DNA of 63,340 nt, filler included. It is 4 parts of 4 records of this genome, joined end to end, with 100 filler letters (N's around TTAATTAATTAA, not from the genome) between each part and the next. Parts side by side here need not be neighbours in the genome. Positions count along the whole stretch, not along the records: positions 30,241 to 35,931 come from SRR31156797_3565; positions 36,032 to 50,129 come from SRR31156797_3566; 2 more parts are not named here. One strand, 5' to 3'. Shown here piece after piece: positions 30,508 to 40,405 of the stretch. Within the stretch, counting starts at the first letter, position 1, and every line of letters begins with the position of its first letter. Both the position numbers and the translations under genes were made by a program. The notes under the pieces were generated by a model that made no database searches, had not been told where the DNA came from, and saw only the letters and a program-made list of their open reading frames with translations.

Positions 30508-31152
30508 ATGCTTCAATTGTCAATTTCATCAAATCAAAATGCTTTAAAAGTTTTTCTATTTTTACTCATCACACCGCTACTTTTCAGCTCGTGCAAGCCA
30601 CTTGATAGAGCCATGAAGGAAGCTATTAGAGCAAAGAAGGAATACAATTATTATGTCTACCGAGCACATGATAAAAAGAACATTATCATTGATCAGGTTG
30701 CACTCATTAACGTTATGCCTTCTTTCTACGATGTAGTAGAAAAAATAACAAATATGAATGGAGAAGTCGTATATAGAGCACAGACACCATGTAATTGCAG
30801 TTGCGCTCATACAAAATATAATGAATTCCCAAAGTACATCGAGATTTTACCCGGTGAGTACTCTATTAACTTATCCGAAGAATATTATACGTGCGGTGGC
30901 GAAGCTTATTCACCCTGGGGAAGTCAAAAGTGCGTTACTAAGTTTGGGCGTACTGAAGTCCCTGGGAAAAAAAACATATTTAAGATGATAAAGCGCCTGA
31001 AAGCTGAGAGGGGGGTGATTTATACATTCTCAGACAAGACTGTAAGATATATGCCGATTGATTTTACTATTCGTGAAAGTTCGGCAGAGAAATCCTTTAA
31101 GTATCCTCAAAAATTTATAGACAATCGAAAAAAATGCACCCCTATCGATTAG
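30508..31152 (+). CDS. Hypothetical Cys-rich lipoprotein
   Basis: LLFSSC lipobox-like motif; YIEILPGEYSI. Confidence 0.6.
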   Translation: MLQLSISSNQNALKVFLFLLITPLLFSSCKPLDRAMKEAIRAKKEYNYYVYRAHDKKNIIIDQVALINVMPSFYDVVEKITNMNGEVVYRAQTPCNCSCAHTKYNEFPKYIEILPGEYSINLSEEYYTCGGEAYSPWGSQKCVTKFGRTEVPGKKNIFKMIKRLKAERGVIYTFSDKTVRYMPIDFTIRESSAEKSFKYPQKFIDNRKKCTPID

Positions 31153-31469
31153 AAGAGATTGTTGAATTCATACTCAAATACACCCGCCTGACTCTTTTAA
31201 CCTTTTGTTGGATCAGCACCATATTGGCTATTGGGGCCTTACTGGCTAATTTTTTTACTAATGCTGAAACCACAGGTTTTATGCTGGCATCATTTGGCGC
31301 TTCATTCATTTTTGTTTTATGTGTTGGATTTGTTGAAGGGCTGATTGACGGAGATCTTTCCGGTGTCAATAAATTATTAATGACTGCAGCGGGCCTTTTT
31401 GTTACAGGAGCCTTACTCTGGGGGCTCAAAATTGGAAGAATGTGTTTAAGCAATTCCTTGACAATGTAG
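31134..31469 (+). CDS. Small three-TM hypothetical protein
   Basis: Three hydrophobic segments; start uncertain. Confidence 0.45.
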   Translation: MHPYRLEEIVEFILKYTRLTLLTFCWISTILAIGALLANFFTNAETTGFMLASFGASFIFVLCVGFVEGLIDGDLSGVNKLLMTAAGLFVTGALLWGLKIGRMCLSNSLTM

Positions 31470-31710
31470 TTTTTGAATTAGTAGATTAACCTAACCTAAG
31501 TTTCTACGCACTTAATTAATAATTAATCTCCCCTGGAGACGATCATGAATGTAAAAAACAAAACTGTTGATAACCTCTGTTAGAGGTCATACTAAAGTCG
31601 TCAAACTGATGATGGCGTTAGGGGGGATTTAACAGACCTAATCTAAAAGGAATAACCCCGTTATTGATAGCAAGCTTCTTCCCACTCAGTGGTGCTTATT
31701 TTATGCAACG

Positions 31711-32307
31711 TTAAGGTATAGAGTACTGCTTGCCTTTTATTTGAAGTACAATCTGTTCAAATGAATTATTGGGTATTTCAAACATTATTTTCATACCCCG
31801 CGTTTCATTACCATCCAAATTGCTGGTACCTCCATATATTTTTGACCAATATCCTGTCGATGTATCTATTTGGGACATATTACGGGCATCGAATTGTATT
31901 TGATCGGAACCATTCCATTGATAAGCTTCAGCATCACTTAGAACTCCGTTGAGCTTAAGTTTAAAATCCTCTCCTTTATAGCTATTATAGAATTTAGATG
32001 CGTTGGGATTAGCGTACTCAAGATCAATAATGAAATACGAGTTTCCATTTTTTGGATGTTTAACTTCAACTGGTCCATTTAAAAAATAACGAAAGTGTTG
32101 CTTGTTCTTTGTATTACTTGCAGACAATAAGTTATATTTCACAGGCATCACGACTGTTGCTTTTTTTCTTTTTTCCAATTTAGCCTGTTTGCTGTTCCTG
32201 TCAGAGCGTGAAAGTTTTGTTTTGCTACTTGATGTACACCCCGATCCGATAATGAGCGATACTATAACAAATGCGCCGCTCATAATTGCTAATATTTTCT
32301 TAAACAT
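31711..32307 (-). CDS. Hypothetical lipoprotein, beta-sandwich-like
   Basis: GGAGG RBS, IGSGC lipobox, ETRGMKIMFEIP C-terminus. Confidence 0.7.
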   Translation of the reverse strand: MFKKILAIMSGAFVIVSLIIGSGCTSSSKTKLSRSDRNSKQAKLEKRKKATVVMPVKYNLLSASNTKNKQHFRYFLNGPVEVKHPKNGNSYFIIDLEYANPNASKFYNSYKGEDFKLKLNGVLSDAEAYQWNGSDQIQFDARNMSQIDTSTGYWSKIYGGTSNLDGNETRGMKIMFEIPNNSFEQIVLQIKGKQYSIP

Positions 32308-33056
32308 GTTTATACCTCCTCCATTGTAAAATTTAAATTTTGCTTACCGATTTCGTCCCTTTTTCCCACAAAAAAATTCCTCGATTCATTGCCTGCCTTC
32401 AACTTATTTGTCAGATGAACCCAATTCTCTGTTTTGTCTGGTACGATATTTTCCTTTGGGTAAAAGTAAGATTTTTCTCTACATTCGCCCTCAGGGCTTA
32501 ATCGCGGTACTGGACGAAGTCAGCACCGCGGTTCACGGCGGCGGAGCCGCCGTGAACAATATGATGTGTAGATCTGGGTATCCTTCATAACTGGATTGCT
32601 AACTGAATAATATGACAGATATGAAGGGTATCCAGAACTTGCTTACACCTATATATTTCAGCCATATCAAGATCGGCAAATTGTGTAAAGCCAAATCAAA
32701 AGTTAAATTTAAAATACCAAAGTGTTGACCGGTATTAAAGGACTCCCAAGTCTTTATTGAAAAAACGTCGGCTACTTTTGTTATTGATGACCTATATCGA
32801 AAATCTGGACGACCAAATCAAAAGTGAGACCACCCTTCGGCCAGGCTGTTTATCCCAGTCCGAAGAACCGTCGCCGGAACTCTGTTGCCATACACGACCC
32901 CCTTCGCCTTCATGCGGCTGGGCCTAAGTACTTGTCAAATGCTTTAAAATTCATTACATTTGACTTACTTTTAAGATTACGTGCCGTTTCCGACACACAC
33001 AAAACGCTATAGACCGAACCCGGGGGACTATCGACTTTTTAAAAAATTGAGGTGAT

Positions 33057-33536
33057 ATGGAACATATTGTAGGTATAGGAGACATGAAAGTCAGTAATCA
33101 GGTGGGCGATACCATTGTGGTACCCTCAATTGGTTCCGGTATCGGACTTGTGCTATATGACCCAGAAGCGAGGGTGGGAGGGATACTTCATTATATTCTG
33201 ATGGACTCTTCCATTGATGCAATCAAAGCAAAAAGTATGCCGCTCATGTTTGCTGATACCGGCATTCCCACATTATTTAACCAGGCATATATGCTGGGCG
33301 CTGAAAAAACCAGGATCAGGGTCTTTGTTGCCGGTGGTGCCCAAATTATTAACCAGGAGAGAAAATTTAATATTGGACAACGCAATTATACTGCTCTGAC
33401 TCAAATATTGACCCGTGAGAATGTTGCCATTTGGAAAAAGGCAGTGGGCGGCAATTTTAACCGGACAGCCAGAATAGACATTACCACCGGTCATATTTTT
33501 TTGAAAACTTCGGGGCAAGGCGAGGTGGAACTATGA
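33057..33536 (+). CDS. cheD: CheD-family protein with the catalytic Cys replaced by Gly
   Basis: VGIGDMKVS, IGSGIGLVLYD, GGILH, FADTGI, AGGA, NIGQRN, VGG. Confidence 0.88.
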   Translation: MEHIVGIGDMKVSNQVGDTIVVPSIGSGIGLVLYDPEARVGGILHYILMDSSIDAIKAKSMPLMFADTGIPTLFNQAYMLGAEKTRIRVFVAGGAQIINQERKFNIGQRNYTALTQILTRENVAIWKKAVGGNFNRTARIDITTGHIFLKTSGQGEVEL

Positions 33537-34381
33537 CAAACTTTCAGGAAATGGCCAAGGAAATAAAAAACCTAACGCCCATCCCTGCCGTGACCATGTC
33601 TCTTTTGAAGGTTGTGGACGACCCCAACAAGACCATGGACGATATAACCAATATTATCCAGTATGATCCGGCCATCACCGCTGATGTCCTTCGAAGCGCC
33701 AATTCGGCATACTTTGGGTTGAAATACCCTGCTGAGACCATTTCGGACGCGGCCAAGATGCTGGGTACGGACCGGCTTGTGGAGCTTGTCTTGCTGAAGG
33801 TGGCGTCCAAAATAATACAAGGGCCTCTGGGCGGATACGGTATGCATGAAGGGGCGTTGTGGCAACATTCAGTATTTTCAGCCATCATTGCCAAACAGCT
33901 GGCGGTCCAACTGGGACTATCCCATTCGTGCAGTATATTTACCGCAGCCCTTCTCAAGGATATCGGTAAAACCGTGATGGATAAATATGTTCAAAACGCA
34001 TATGAAAAAATTAACAATCTGGTTACCAATGAAAATTTCAGCTTCATGGAGGCGGAGAAAAAAGTAATTGGCGTGGACCACGCAGAACTTGGCGGTATGA
34101 TGGCCCATATATGGAAATTTTCTCCCAAAATGGTAATGATCATCAGTAATCATCATCTCTCCCGGGAAGACATGATAAAGGACAAAGACACGATAGTAGT
34201 CTACATAGCCGACTGTATATGCATGATGATGGGCATGGGCGTTGGTGCAGACGGACTGGCCTACAGGTTCCACCATCAGGCCATTGAAAAGATCGGAATT
34301 TCACCGGATGATATTTTAACCATCATTGCGAACGTCACCCCCCAGATGGAGGAAGTGGCAAAGCTGTTGAAGATGGTCTGA
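33533..34381 (+). CDS. HDOD-domain protein
   Basis: DPAITADVLRSANSAYFG, LWQHS, AALLKDIGK, DHAELGG, WKFS; ATGA overlap with cheD. Confidence 0.92.
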   Translation: MTNFQEMAKEIKNLTPIPAVTMSLLKVVDDPNKTMDDITNIIQYDPAITADVLRSANSAYFGLKYPAETISDAAKMLGTDRLVELVLLKVASKIIQGPLGGYGMHEGALWQHSVFSAIIAKQLAVQLGLSHSCSIFTAALLKDIGKTVMDKYVQNAYEKINNLVTNENFSFMEAEKKVIGVDHAELGGMMAHIWKFSPKMVMIISNHHLSREDMIKDKDTIVVYIADCICMMMGMGVGADGLAYRFHHQAIEKIGISPDDILTIIANVTPQMEEVAKLLKMV

Positions 34382-34474
34382 CCGACCGGCCGTATCCATA
34401 AGCCACAGCAGGAATGGAATCAAGCCTTGATTATTCACACGGCCACGGATGAAAGGAACCTTCAGCTACAAGTA

Positions 34475-34771
34475 ATGAACGAAAGAACACAAACCATCAG
34501 ACAGGAAATTATAAATTACCTTGAACGTGGTCCCATGACGATACGCGATATTTCCCAGTTCGTTGGTATTATGGAAAAGGATGTTGTCCATCATTTAGAG
34601 TTCATAGATAAAACCGTCCGGACCCAAAAGAAAAGAATACAGATGAAACCTTACTGCTGCCTGAATTGCGGATTCGAATTCAAAAATAGGAAAAGATTTA
34701 AAAAGCCTGGTAAATGCCCTTCTTGCAGAGATGGTAGGATAGCGCCAGCTGTTTTCTGGATTGCGCCTTAG
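34475..34771 (+). CDS. HTH plus zinc-ribbon transcriptional regulator (COG3357-like)
   Basis: TIRQEII...EKDVVHHLEFI, CLNCGFEF...KPGKCPSC. Confidence 0.8.
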   Translation: MNERTQTIRQEIINYLERGPMTIRDISQFVGIMEKDVVHHLEFIDKTVRTQKKRIQMKPYCCLNCGFEFKNRKRFKKPGKCPSCRDGRIAPAVFWIAP

Positions 34772-34852
34772 GGCCATGGAAATCCGGTCCGGTATCCCGG
34801 GCGGATCACAGGCCCCGGCAGCAGAGGTTTCCCATAATGGCCACCAGCGTGT

Positions 34853-35572
34853 TCAGCTCTTGCTGTACTGTTTAAGCATGGAGATATAAGGCCCCAATAG
34901 GCTTTCATATCCTTTCATCCCCCGTTGGAACACTTTGGCAAAATGGGGAAGCTCCCGGGTATTGACCACCAGGTTGGCACTCAGGGTAAGTGCCTCAAGG
35001 TCGTAAAGAGTCCTGACCTCCTTGCCCACCAGCACATAAAAAATATTGCGCCGCCGTTTCATACTCATTCCAGACATAAATTTATGGAAATCATGGGTAT
35101 CCACCGGCCCGTCTTCGTATTCTGTGGAATACACCACCACGTCATAGGTCTTAAACCGCTGGCCGGCAACGGCGTCCTCCACATTTTCAGGGCAGTGGAT
35201 CTGTAGGTTTTTTTCTTTCAATACATCGGTAACCTGCTGCCGGACAGCCTGGTCATTGATCAGCAGCATGGCCGTGGGCACATCTTCCACAAGGCTGTCC
35301 TCTTTCTCAACCTCTGAAGCCAGCCAGGCAATCTCCGGTGCATCCGGCGGGCTGACCGGCGGATTGGCCGGGCGGGCAGCCTGTTTTTGCGGCTCCTCCG
35401 GCTTTTTTGCCAATGCCCCGTCCTTATTTACCTCAATGGGGGCGCGGCACCTGGGACAGCCAAATTTCAAAGCCCGTCCCTCGGAGAGCCTAACCAGAGC
35501 TTGTTTGAACTTCTCCATCTGGGCTTGGGAAAACTTCAGGGGCTGATTGCAGTGGGGACATTGGGATATCAT
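34853..35572 (-). CDS. Zinc-ribbon plus degenerate receiver-like protein downstream of pilT/pilU
   Basis: CPHC...CPRC, Pro-rich linker, RRRNIFYVLVG...TLYDLEALTLSANLVVN; ATGA overlap with the upstream gene. Confidence 0.7.
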   Translation of the reverse strand: MISQCPHCNQPLKFSQAQMEKFKQALVRLSEGRALKFGCPRCRAPIEVNKDGALAKKPEEPQKQAARPANPPVSPPDAPEIAWLASEVEKEDSLVEDVPTAMLLINDQAVRQQVTDVLKEKNLQIHCPENVEDAVAGQRFKTYDVVVYSTEYEDGPVDTHDFHKFMSGMSMKRRRNIFYVLVGKEVRTLYDLEALTLSANLVVNTRELPHFAKVFQRGMKGYESLLGPYISMLKQYSKS

Positions 35573-35931
35573 GATGGTTCCTCTCCGTTCTCTTCGGTAT
35601 TGGTTTCTTCTTGCCAATCAATGGCCAGGCCTTCAATGGCTGAAGTTTTTTCGCCCTTTTCCCGTTTGAGGATATCCATGCCCTGGGACAGTACGCTTTT
35701 TTGCGAACAATAGGAAAAGGCGGTTTCTTCGGTGATTATGCCGGCCTTGTATAGGTCCAGGATATGCTGATCAAAGGTCTGCATGCCGAATGCCGTTGAG
35801 GCGGCAATGACGTCATTGAAGGTTTTCCCTTCCGACTCTCCGTTCAGGATGAGATCGTTGATTCGCAGATTCATCCCCATGATTTCCAGGGCCGCCACCC
35901 GGCCGCCTGCAGACCGGGGCAAAAGGCGCTG
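35569..35931 (-). CDS. PilT/PilU type IV pilus ATPase, C-terminal fragment
   Basis: QRLLPR..GGRVAALEIM, GMQTFDQHILDLYKAGII; 5' end lost at the contig edge. Confidence 0.88.
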   Translation of the reverse strand, partial: QRLLPRSAGGRVAALEIMGMNLRINDLILNGESEGKTFNDVIAASTAFGMQTFDQHILDLYKAGIITEETAFSYCSQKSVLSQGMDILKREKGEKTSAIEGLAIDWQEETNTEENGEEPS

Positions 35932-36031
35932 NNNNNNNNNNNNNNNNNNNNNNNNNNNNNNNNNNNNNNNNNNNNTTAATTAATTAANNNNNNNNNNNNN
36001 NNNNNNNNNNNNNNNNNNNNNNNNNNNNNNN
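35932..36031. other. Artificial contig linker
   Basis: N-runs flanking TTAATTAATTAA. Confidence 0.99.
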
Positions 36032-36844
36032 TGGGTCACCTATTGTTTCCCCTTTCTCATCGCCATGATACCGATTTCCTGGTTTATCATCAACATTCGC
36101 TTCAGACCTAAAACCGCGACTCTGGAACCTGCCATGAATCACCTGCGCCGTGAAATCGACCGCATGGGTGCCTGGAACAAGCAACAGATATGGGCCCTGA
36201 TCATCTTCCTTGTCATGGTTTTCGGCTGGTTTACGGAAAAAGCCTTTTACAATATTGGTATCTACCCCATTCGCCTGGGTATCGGTGTTATTGCCGTGGC
36301 CGGTGCCATCGCTTACATCATGGCCGGCGTGGTTAACTGGCGCGACTACCAGGACCGTGTGGATTGGGGTGTTGTCTGGCTTTATGCCGGGGCCATCATC
36401 TTTGGCCGGACCCTGGATTCAACGGGCGCGGCATACTGGCTGGCCCGGTCCGCCATTGAATTTTTATCCAATTTCGGCATGGATTCAGGCCTGCCGTTAA
36501 TGGCCGTATCCAACGGACTGACCTCTATTCTGACCAACCTCATGGCTGACGGCCCGGCGGCGGCGTCCGTAGGCCCCATCACTTTGAACATGGCCGGAAT
36601 GGTTCATCCGGGCAGCGCCTATCTGCCTTTCATGGCCATGGCCACGGCAATGGCATCATCCTTTGCATACTGCCTGATCATCGGCACACCACCCAACGCC
36701 ATTGTATATGCCAGCGGTTACCTGGAGCCTAAAGATTACCTGAGAGCCGGTATCCCTTTGTTCTTTTTTGCCAACGTCGTACTGCTGTTGCTCACCGGCG
36801 TTTACTGGACATTTAGGGGATTCGGCTCCTTACCCGGATTCTGA
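36032..36844 (+). CDS. SLC13/DASS anion transporter, C-terminal part
   Basis: Open from the contig start; VDWGVVWLYAG, TNLMADG, ASSFAYCLIIGTPPNAIVYASG. Confidence 0.9.
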   Translation, partial: WVTYCFPFLIAMIPISWFIINIRFRPKTATLEPAMNHLRREIDRMGAWNKQQIWALIIFLVMVFGWFTEKAFYNIGIYPIRLGIGVIAVAGAIAYIMAGVVNWRDYQDRVDWGVVWLYAGAIIFGRTLDSTGAAYWLARSAIEFLSNFGMDSGLPLMAVSNGLTSILTNLMADGPAAASVGPITLNMAGMVHPGSAYLPFMAMATAMASSFAYCLIIGTPPNAIVYASGYLEPKDYLRAGIPLFFFANVVLLLLTGVYWTFRGFGSLPGF

Positions 36845-36868
36845 CAGACAATTTAAAAGGATAGTACT

Positions 36869-37003
36869 ATGACACAGATATCAACAACCCCCCCAAAAAA
36901 AACCAAAACCAGAATCTACTTTTCAAAAGAGACTGAACGGCGGGTGTTTTTTTACATGACGCTGATCATGCTTGCCGCAGGAATTATAAGCAAACTGTTT
37001 TAA
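36869..37003 (+). CDS. 44-aa single-TM protein (not in ORF track)
   Basis: AAGGA RBS; MTQISTTPPKKTKTRIYFSKETERRVFFYMTLIMLAAGIISKLF*; fills the operon gap. Confidence 0.65.
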   Translation: MTQISTTPPKKTKTRIYFSKETERRVFFYMTLIMLAAGIISKLF

Positions 37004-37073
37004 ACAAAGATATCTTTAGGACAGCCCAGTGAAAAGCCTTTCAAAATATGCCTTTTCGCCTAAGGAGGATGAA

Positions 37074-37607
37074 ATGAATACACCAGGGGCACTTTCGGCA
37101 TTGACATTTTACAGCCAGGGTGTGATCCGGCTGCTCATCGAACCGATCCTGTTTTTTACACAGCTGCCTGCGGTCCATACCACGGGCAGGGCCCTGGGCT
37201 TTACAACCCTGTGTGCCGGGTTTTATGCCGGTGCGGGCCTGCTTACAGGCCCTGGCCCCCAATCTCCTGTGGTCATGGCATTGATCTATTTTATCAATGC
37301 GGCAGGCATGGTGCTCATCAGTTCCATCACAGGTTTTTGCACCATGGGGATGATCAGCGGCAAAAGCCGGAAGTTTTCCCTGGTGTTCGGGCTTTACGCC
37401 TATGCGTCGGGAATCACCATGCTCATATCATGGCTGCCCTTCATGCTCTGGTTTACGGAGCCGTGGAAATACTGGTTGGTTTATACAGGATTTCGACAAA
37501 GCTGCGGCTTGTCCAAAACCCGGGCGATTACCGTCCTTTTGATATCTGTGCCTGTCCAGTGGTGCCTGATTTATTCGGCCATAACAGCAGTCACCGGCCG
37601 TGTGTAA
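37074..37607 (+). CDS. Yip1-family membrane protein
   Basis: AAGGAGG RBS; LLIEPILFF, YAYASG, about five TM segments. Confidence 0.7.
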   Translation: MNTPGALSALTFYSQGVIRLLIEPILFFTQLPAVHTTGRALGFTTLCAGFYAGAGLLTGPGPQSPVVMALIYFINAAGMVLISSITGFCTMGMISGKSRKFSLVFGLYAYASGITMLISWLPFMLWFTEPWKYWLVYTGFRQSCGLSKTRAITVLLISVPVQWCLIYSAITAVTGRV

Positions 37608-37635
37608 AACATATTTTAAATAGGAGTAATATAAA

Positions 37636-38557
37636 ATGAAACAACCCATAAAGGTCTTAATGGTTGATGATGAAAAACGGTTCCGGGAAACAACGCGCAA
37701 AATTCTGGAACGGAACGGTTTTCAAACCATTCTTGCAGAAAACGGCGCCAAAGCCCTGCAATGCCTGGATCAATCGCCGGATGTGGCCATTCTGGACATT
37801 CGCATGCCTGGCATGAACGGGCACGAGGTCCTTGAAAAAATGATTACATTAGAGCCTGATTTGCCCGTAATTATGCTCACGGGCCATGGAGATAAGGATT
37901 CTGCAGAACAGTCCCTGGTATTAGGTGCCTTTGACTACCTGTCAAAGCCTTGTGACATTGACCTTTTGTCCGATAAAATTCGGGAAGCCTGCCGGAGTAG
38001 ACAACAGACAGGGAAAATGGAAGAGGATCTGGTGGGTTCGGCGATGATCCCATTGAGTGCGTATACCACCATCGCCGAGGACGCCACCATTGCCGAATCC
38101 ATCCAGGAACTTAAAGCCTCCTTTGTAACGCTTCCGACCTCGGACCTGATCATGGAAACCGGACATCGGTCTATACTGGTCATGGACAAAAACAGACAAA
38201 TCCAAGGCATTCTCACCATCCGTGACCTTTTAGAACGGATTCTGCCGGGCTACCTGACCTCGACCAAGCCGGCCACGGCGGATTCCATCCAATACTCCCC
38301 CATGTTTTGGCGGGGGGATGTTCACAAGTGCCGTAGAACAGATCCGCCCCTTGACCATCAGTGAAATTATGTCCCCGGCTCCCGTATCCATTGATGCCGA
38401 ATCCACTCTAATGGAAGCTGCCTGGATCATGGTGGACCAAAGCCAACGCCGTCTGATTGTCATCGAAAACGGCAAACCCACAGGGGTGATCAGGGAGCAG
38501 GACTTGTTTTTTGAAATGGGAAAACACCTGATTCCCCCAAGATTAAGGAGTAATTAA
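37636..38557 (+). pseudogene. Response regulator (REC) plus CBS pair, frameshifted in a G6 run
   Basis: VDDE, LDIRMP, LTGHG, KP receiver motifs; the CBS pair is split over ORFs 37636 and 38318; deleting one G at 38312-38317 gives FWRGMFTSA. Confidence 0.85.
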
Positions 38558-38596
38558 AGACTGACATCAAAACCATCATCCATAAAAAAAAACAAT

Positions 38597-38635
38597 CCCC
38601 CGGGTTCGGACCTAATGAACCGGCCCGGGATTTTT
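38597..38635 (+). terminator. Terminator-like hairpin
   Basis: CCCGGGTTCGG...CCGGCCCGGG followed by ATTTTT. Confidence 0.5.
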
Positions 38636-38741
38636 CCTATCATTTAATTTACTATTCCCCTTGCCCTCCTTTAAAAAATGCCAATCATTAAAATAAGGCG
38701 AGGCTTAAAAATAGAGACAGACTAAAGAAAGGAACACAGAA

Positions 38742-39797
38742 ATGAATCAGTTAAAGACAGCGACCTTTGCCGGCGGATGTTTCTGGTGCATGGCTTCGGC
38801 ATTTGATAAGAAACCGGGAATTGAACAGGTGGTTTCGGGATACATGGGGGGAGATGTGGACAACCCAAGTTACGAGGATGTATGCACGGGCAGCTCAGGC
38901 CATGCTGAAGTGATCCAGGTGCACTTTGCCCCAAAGATCATCACATACCAAGAACTTTTAAAAATATTTTTCAACCAGATTAACCCCACGGATAAAGGCG
39001 GATCTTTTATGGACCGCGGCAGTCAGTATCGGTCTGCCGTTTTCTACCATACCGAAGAGCAAAAACAACTGGCCCTTGCGGCAATCCAATATATTGATGA
39101 TTCAAAGATGTTTGAAAATCCCGTTGTCACCCAGGTCCAGGAGGCGGTTGAATTTTTCCCCGCCGAAGAATACCACCAGGATTACCACAAAAAAAATCCC
39201 CTCCAGTACAAATATTACAGCTTCGGGTCAGGCCGGAAGTCTTTCATCAACCGGGTGTGGGATGAAAAGAGCCTGAAAATTTTTGACCGGATTATGCCGG
39301 AGCAAAACAGCACGTTGACACAAACAGAACAGGGGGCACCCACACCCGTCATTCCGGATGATAACGCATTGAAAAAACAGCTTACGCCCTTGCAGTACAA
39401 GGTTACCCGTGAAAACGCCACAGAACCGCCCTTTAAGAATGAATTCTGGAACAACCAGCAGGAAGGCATTTACGTGGATGTGATCTCGGGAACCCCTTTG
39501 TTCTCATCAAAGGACAAATTTGATTCCGGGTGCGGATGGCCCAGCTTTATCCGGCCCATCAAAGAGAAGCAGATAGTTGAAAAACAGGATAACTCCCTTT
39601 TCATGCAGCGCACGGAAGTCAGAAGCAAAACGTCGGACGCCCATTTAGGACACGTCTTTGACGACGGCCCCGGCCCCTCCGGCTTGAGGTACTGCATTAA
39701 TTCGGCTGCGCTGAAATTTATTCCCAGACAGGAACTCAAGCAGCATGGGTACGAAAATTTGGAGGAACTATTTTCGCCGGATGCCGCTCAAGAATAA
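38742..39797 (+). CDS. msrAB: Bifunctional methionine sulfoxide reductase MsrA/MsrB
   Basis: [40 protein letters not shown]. Confidence 0.96.
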   Translation: MNQLKTATFAGGCFWCMASAFDKKPGIEQVVSGYMGGDVDNPSYEDVCTGSSGHAEVIQVHFAPKIITYQELLKIFFNQINPTDKGGSFMDRGSQYRSAVFYHTEEQKQLALAAIQYIDDSKMFENPVVTQVQEAVEFFPAEEYHQDYHKKNPLQYKYYSFGSGRKSFINRVWDEKSLKIFDRIMPEQNSTLTQTEQGAPTPVIPDDNALKKQLTPLQYKVTRENATEPPFKNEFWNNQQEGIYVDVISGTPLFSSKDKFDSGCGWPSFIRPIKEKQIVEKQDNSLFMQRTEVRSKTSDAHLGHVFDDGPGPSGLRYCINSAALKFIPRQELKQHGYENLEELFSPDAAQE

Positions 39798-39839
39798 ACA
39801 ATAAGGTCACAGATACCGGCCCATCTATCACCACCCCTA

Positions 39840-40180
39840 TCCGGATCTGAATACTTGCCGCGAATGACGCTGTATCTGGATAGCGGCTATTTGCACAGAG
39901 GCAGACCGCACTCTGATCCCTTATAAAATTGATGATATCGAAAAACAGACCCGTCAGTTCCAGGTGCTCAAATTTCAACTGCATCAACGGCGGATCTGGC
40001 CAACAACGGCAAAAAAGCCGTGGAAGCCGTACGCGATTTTTTTTACGATATGGTGTCCATGGATATGCATATGCCGGAACTGGACAGTCTCGAAGCCACA
40101 AAGAATCATCCGCTCGGATCCGGATTCCCCTGCCCTGATCTGCCCATTGTAGCACTTAGGGTTCACTCAACATCACGGCC
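39840..40180 (+). pseudogene. Eroded receiver domain
   Basis: Manual translation across frameshifts: ILAAND...[37 protein letters not shown]...IIRSDPDS...PDLPIVAL. Confidence 0.7.
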
Positions 40181-40405
40181 AGTGCAATAACTGAATGTGC
40201 TGAATTTATAAAACTCTCACAAAGTTGTGTAACAGCCTGTTGACTCCTAATGGGATGTTGAATATAACTGAAAAATTATGTATCATGAGCGCAAACGAAA
40301 AAAATTCGTTGCGAAACCTTCATTCCATACATTTAGGGATCAAATTACACTCAAAAGATAATTATCAGCGGTGACCTTTAATCTTGAAAAACCAAGGATC
40401 AAATT

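Noticed and set aside
32660-32720. c-di-GMP-I riboswitch upstream of cheD (GGCAAA seen)
   Set aside because: The downstream conserved elements and pairing are not present.
39736-40166. Four overlapping short ORFs in the ORF track
   Set aside because: Better explained as shadows of a frameshifted receiver-domain pseudogene.
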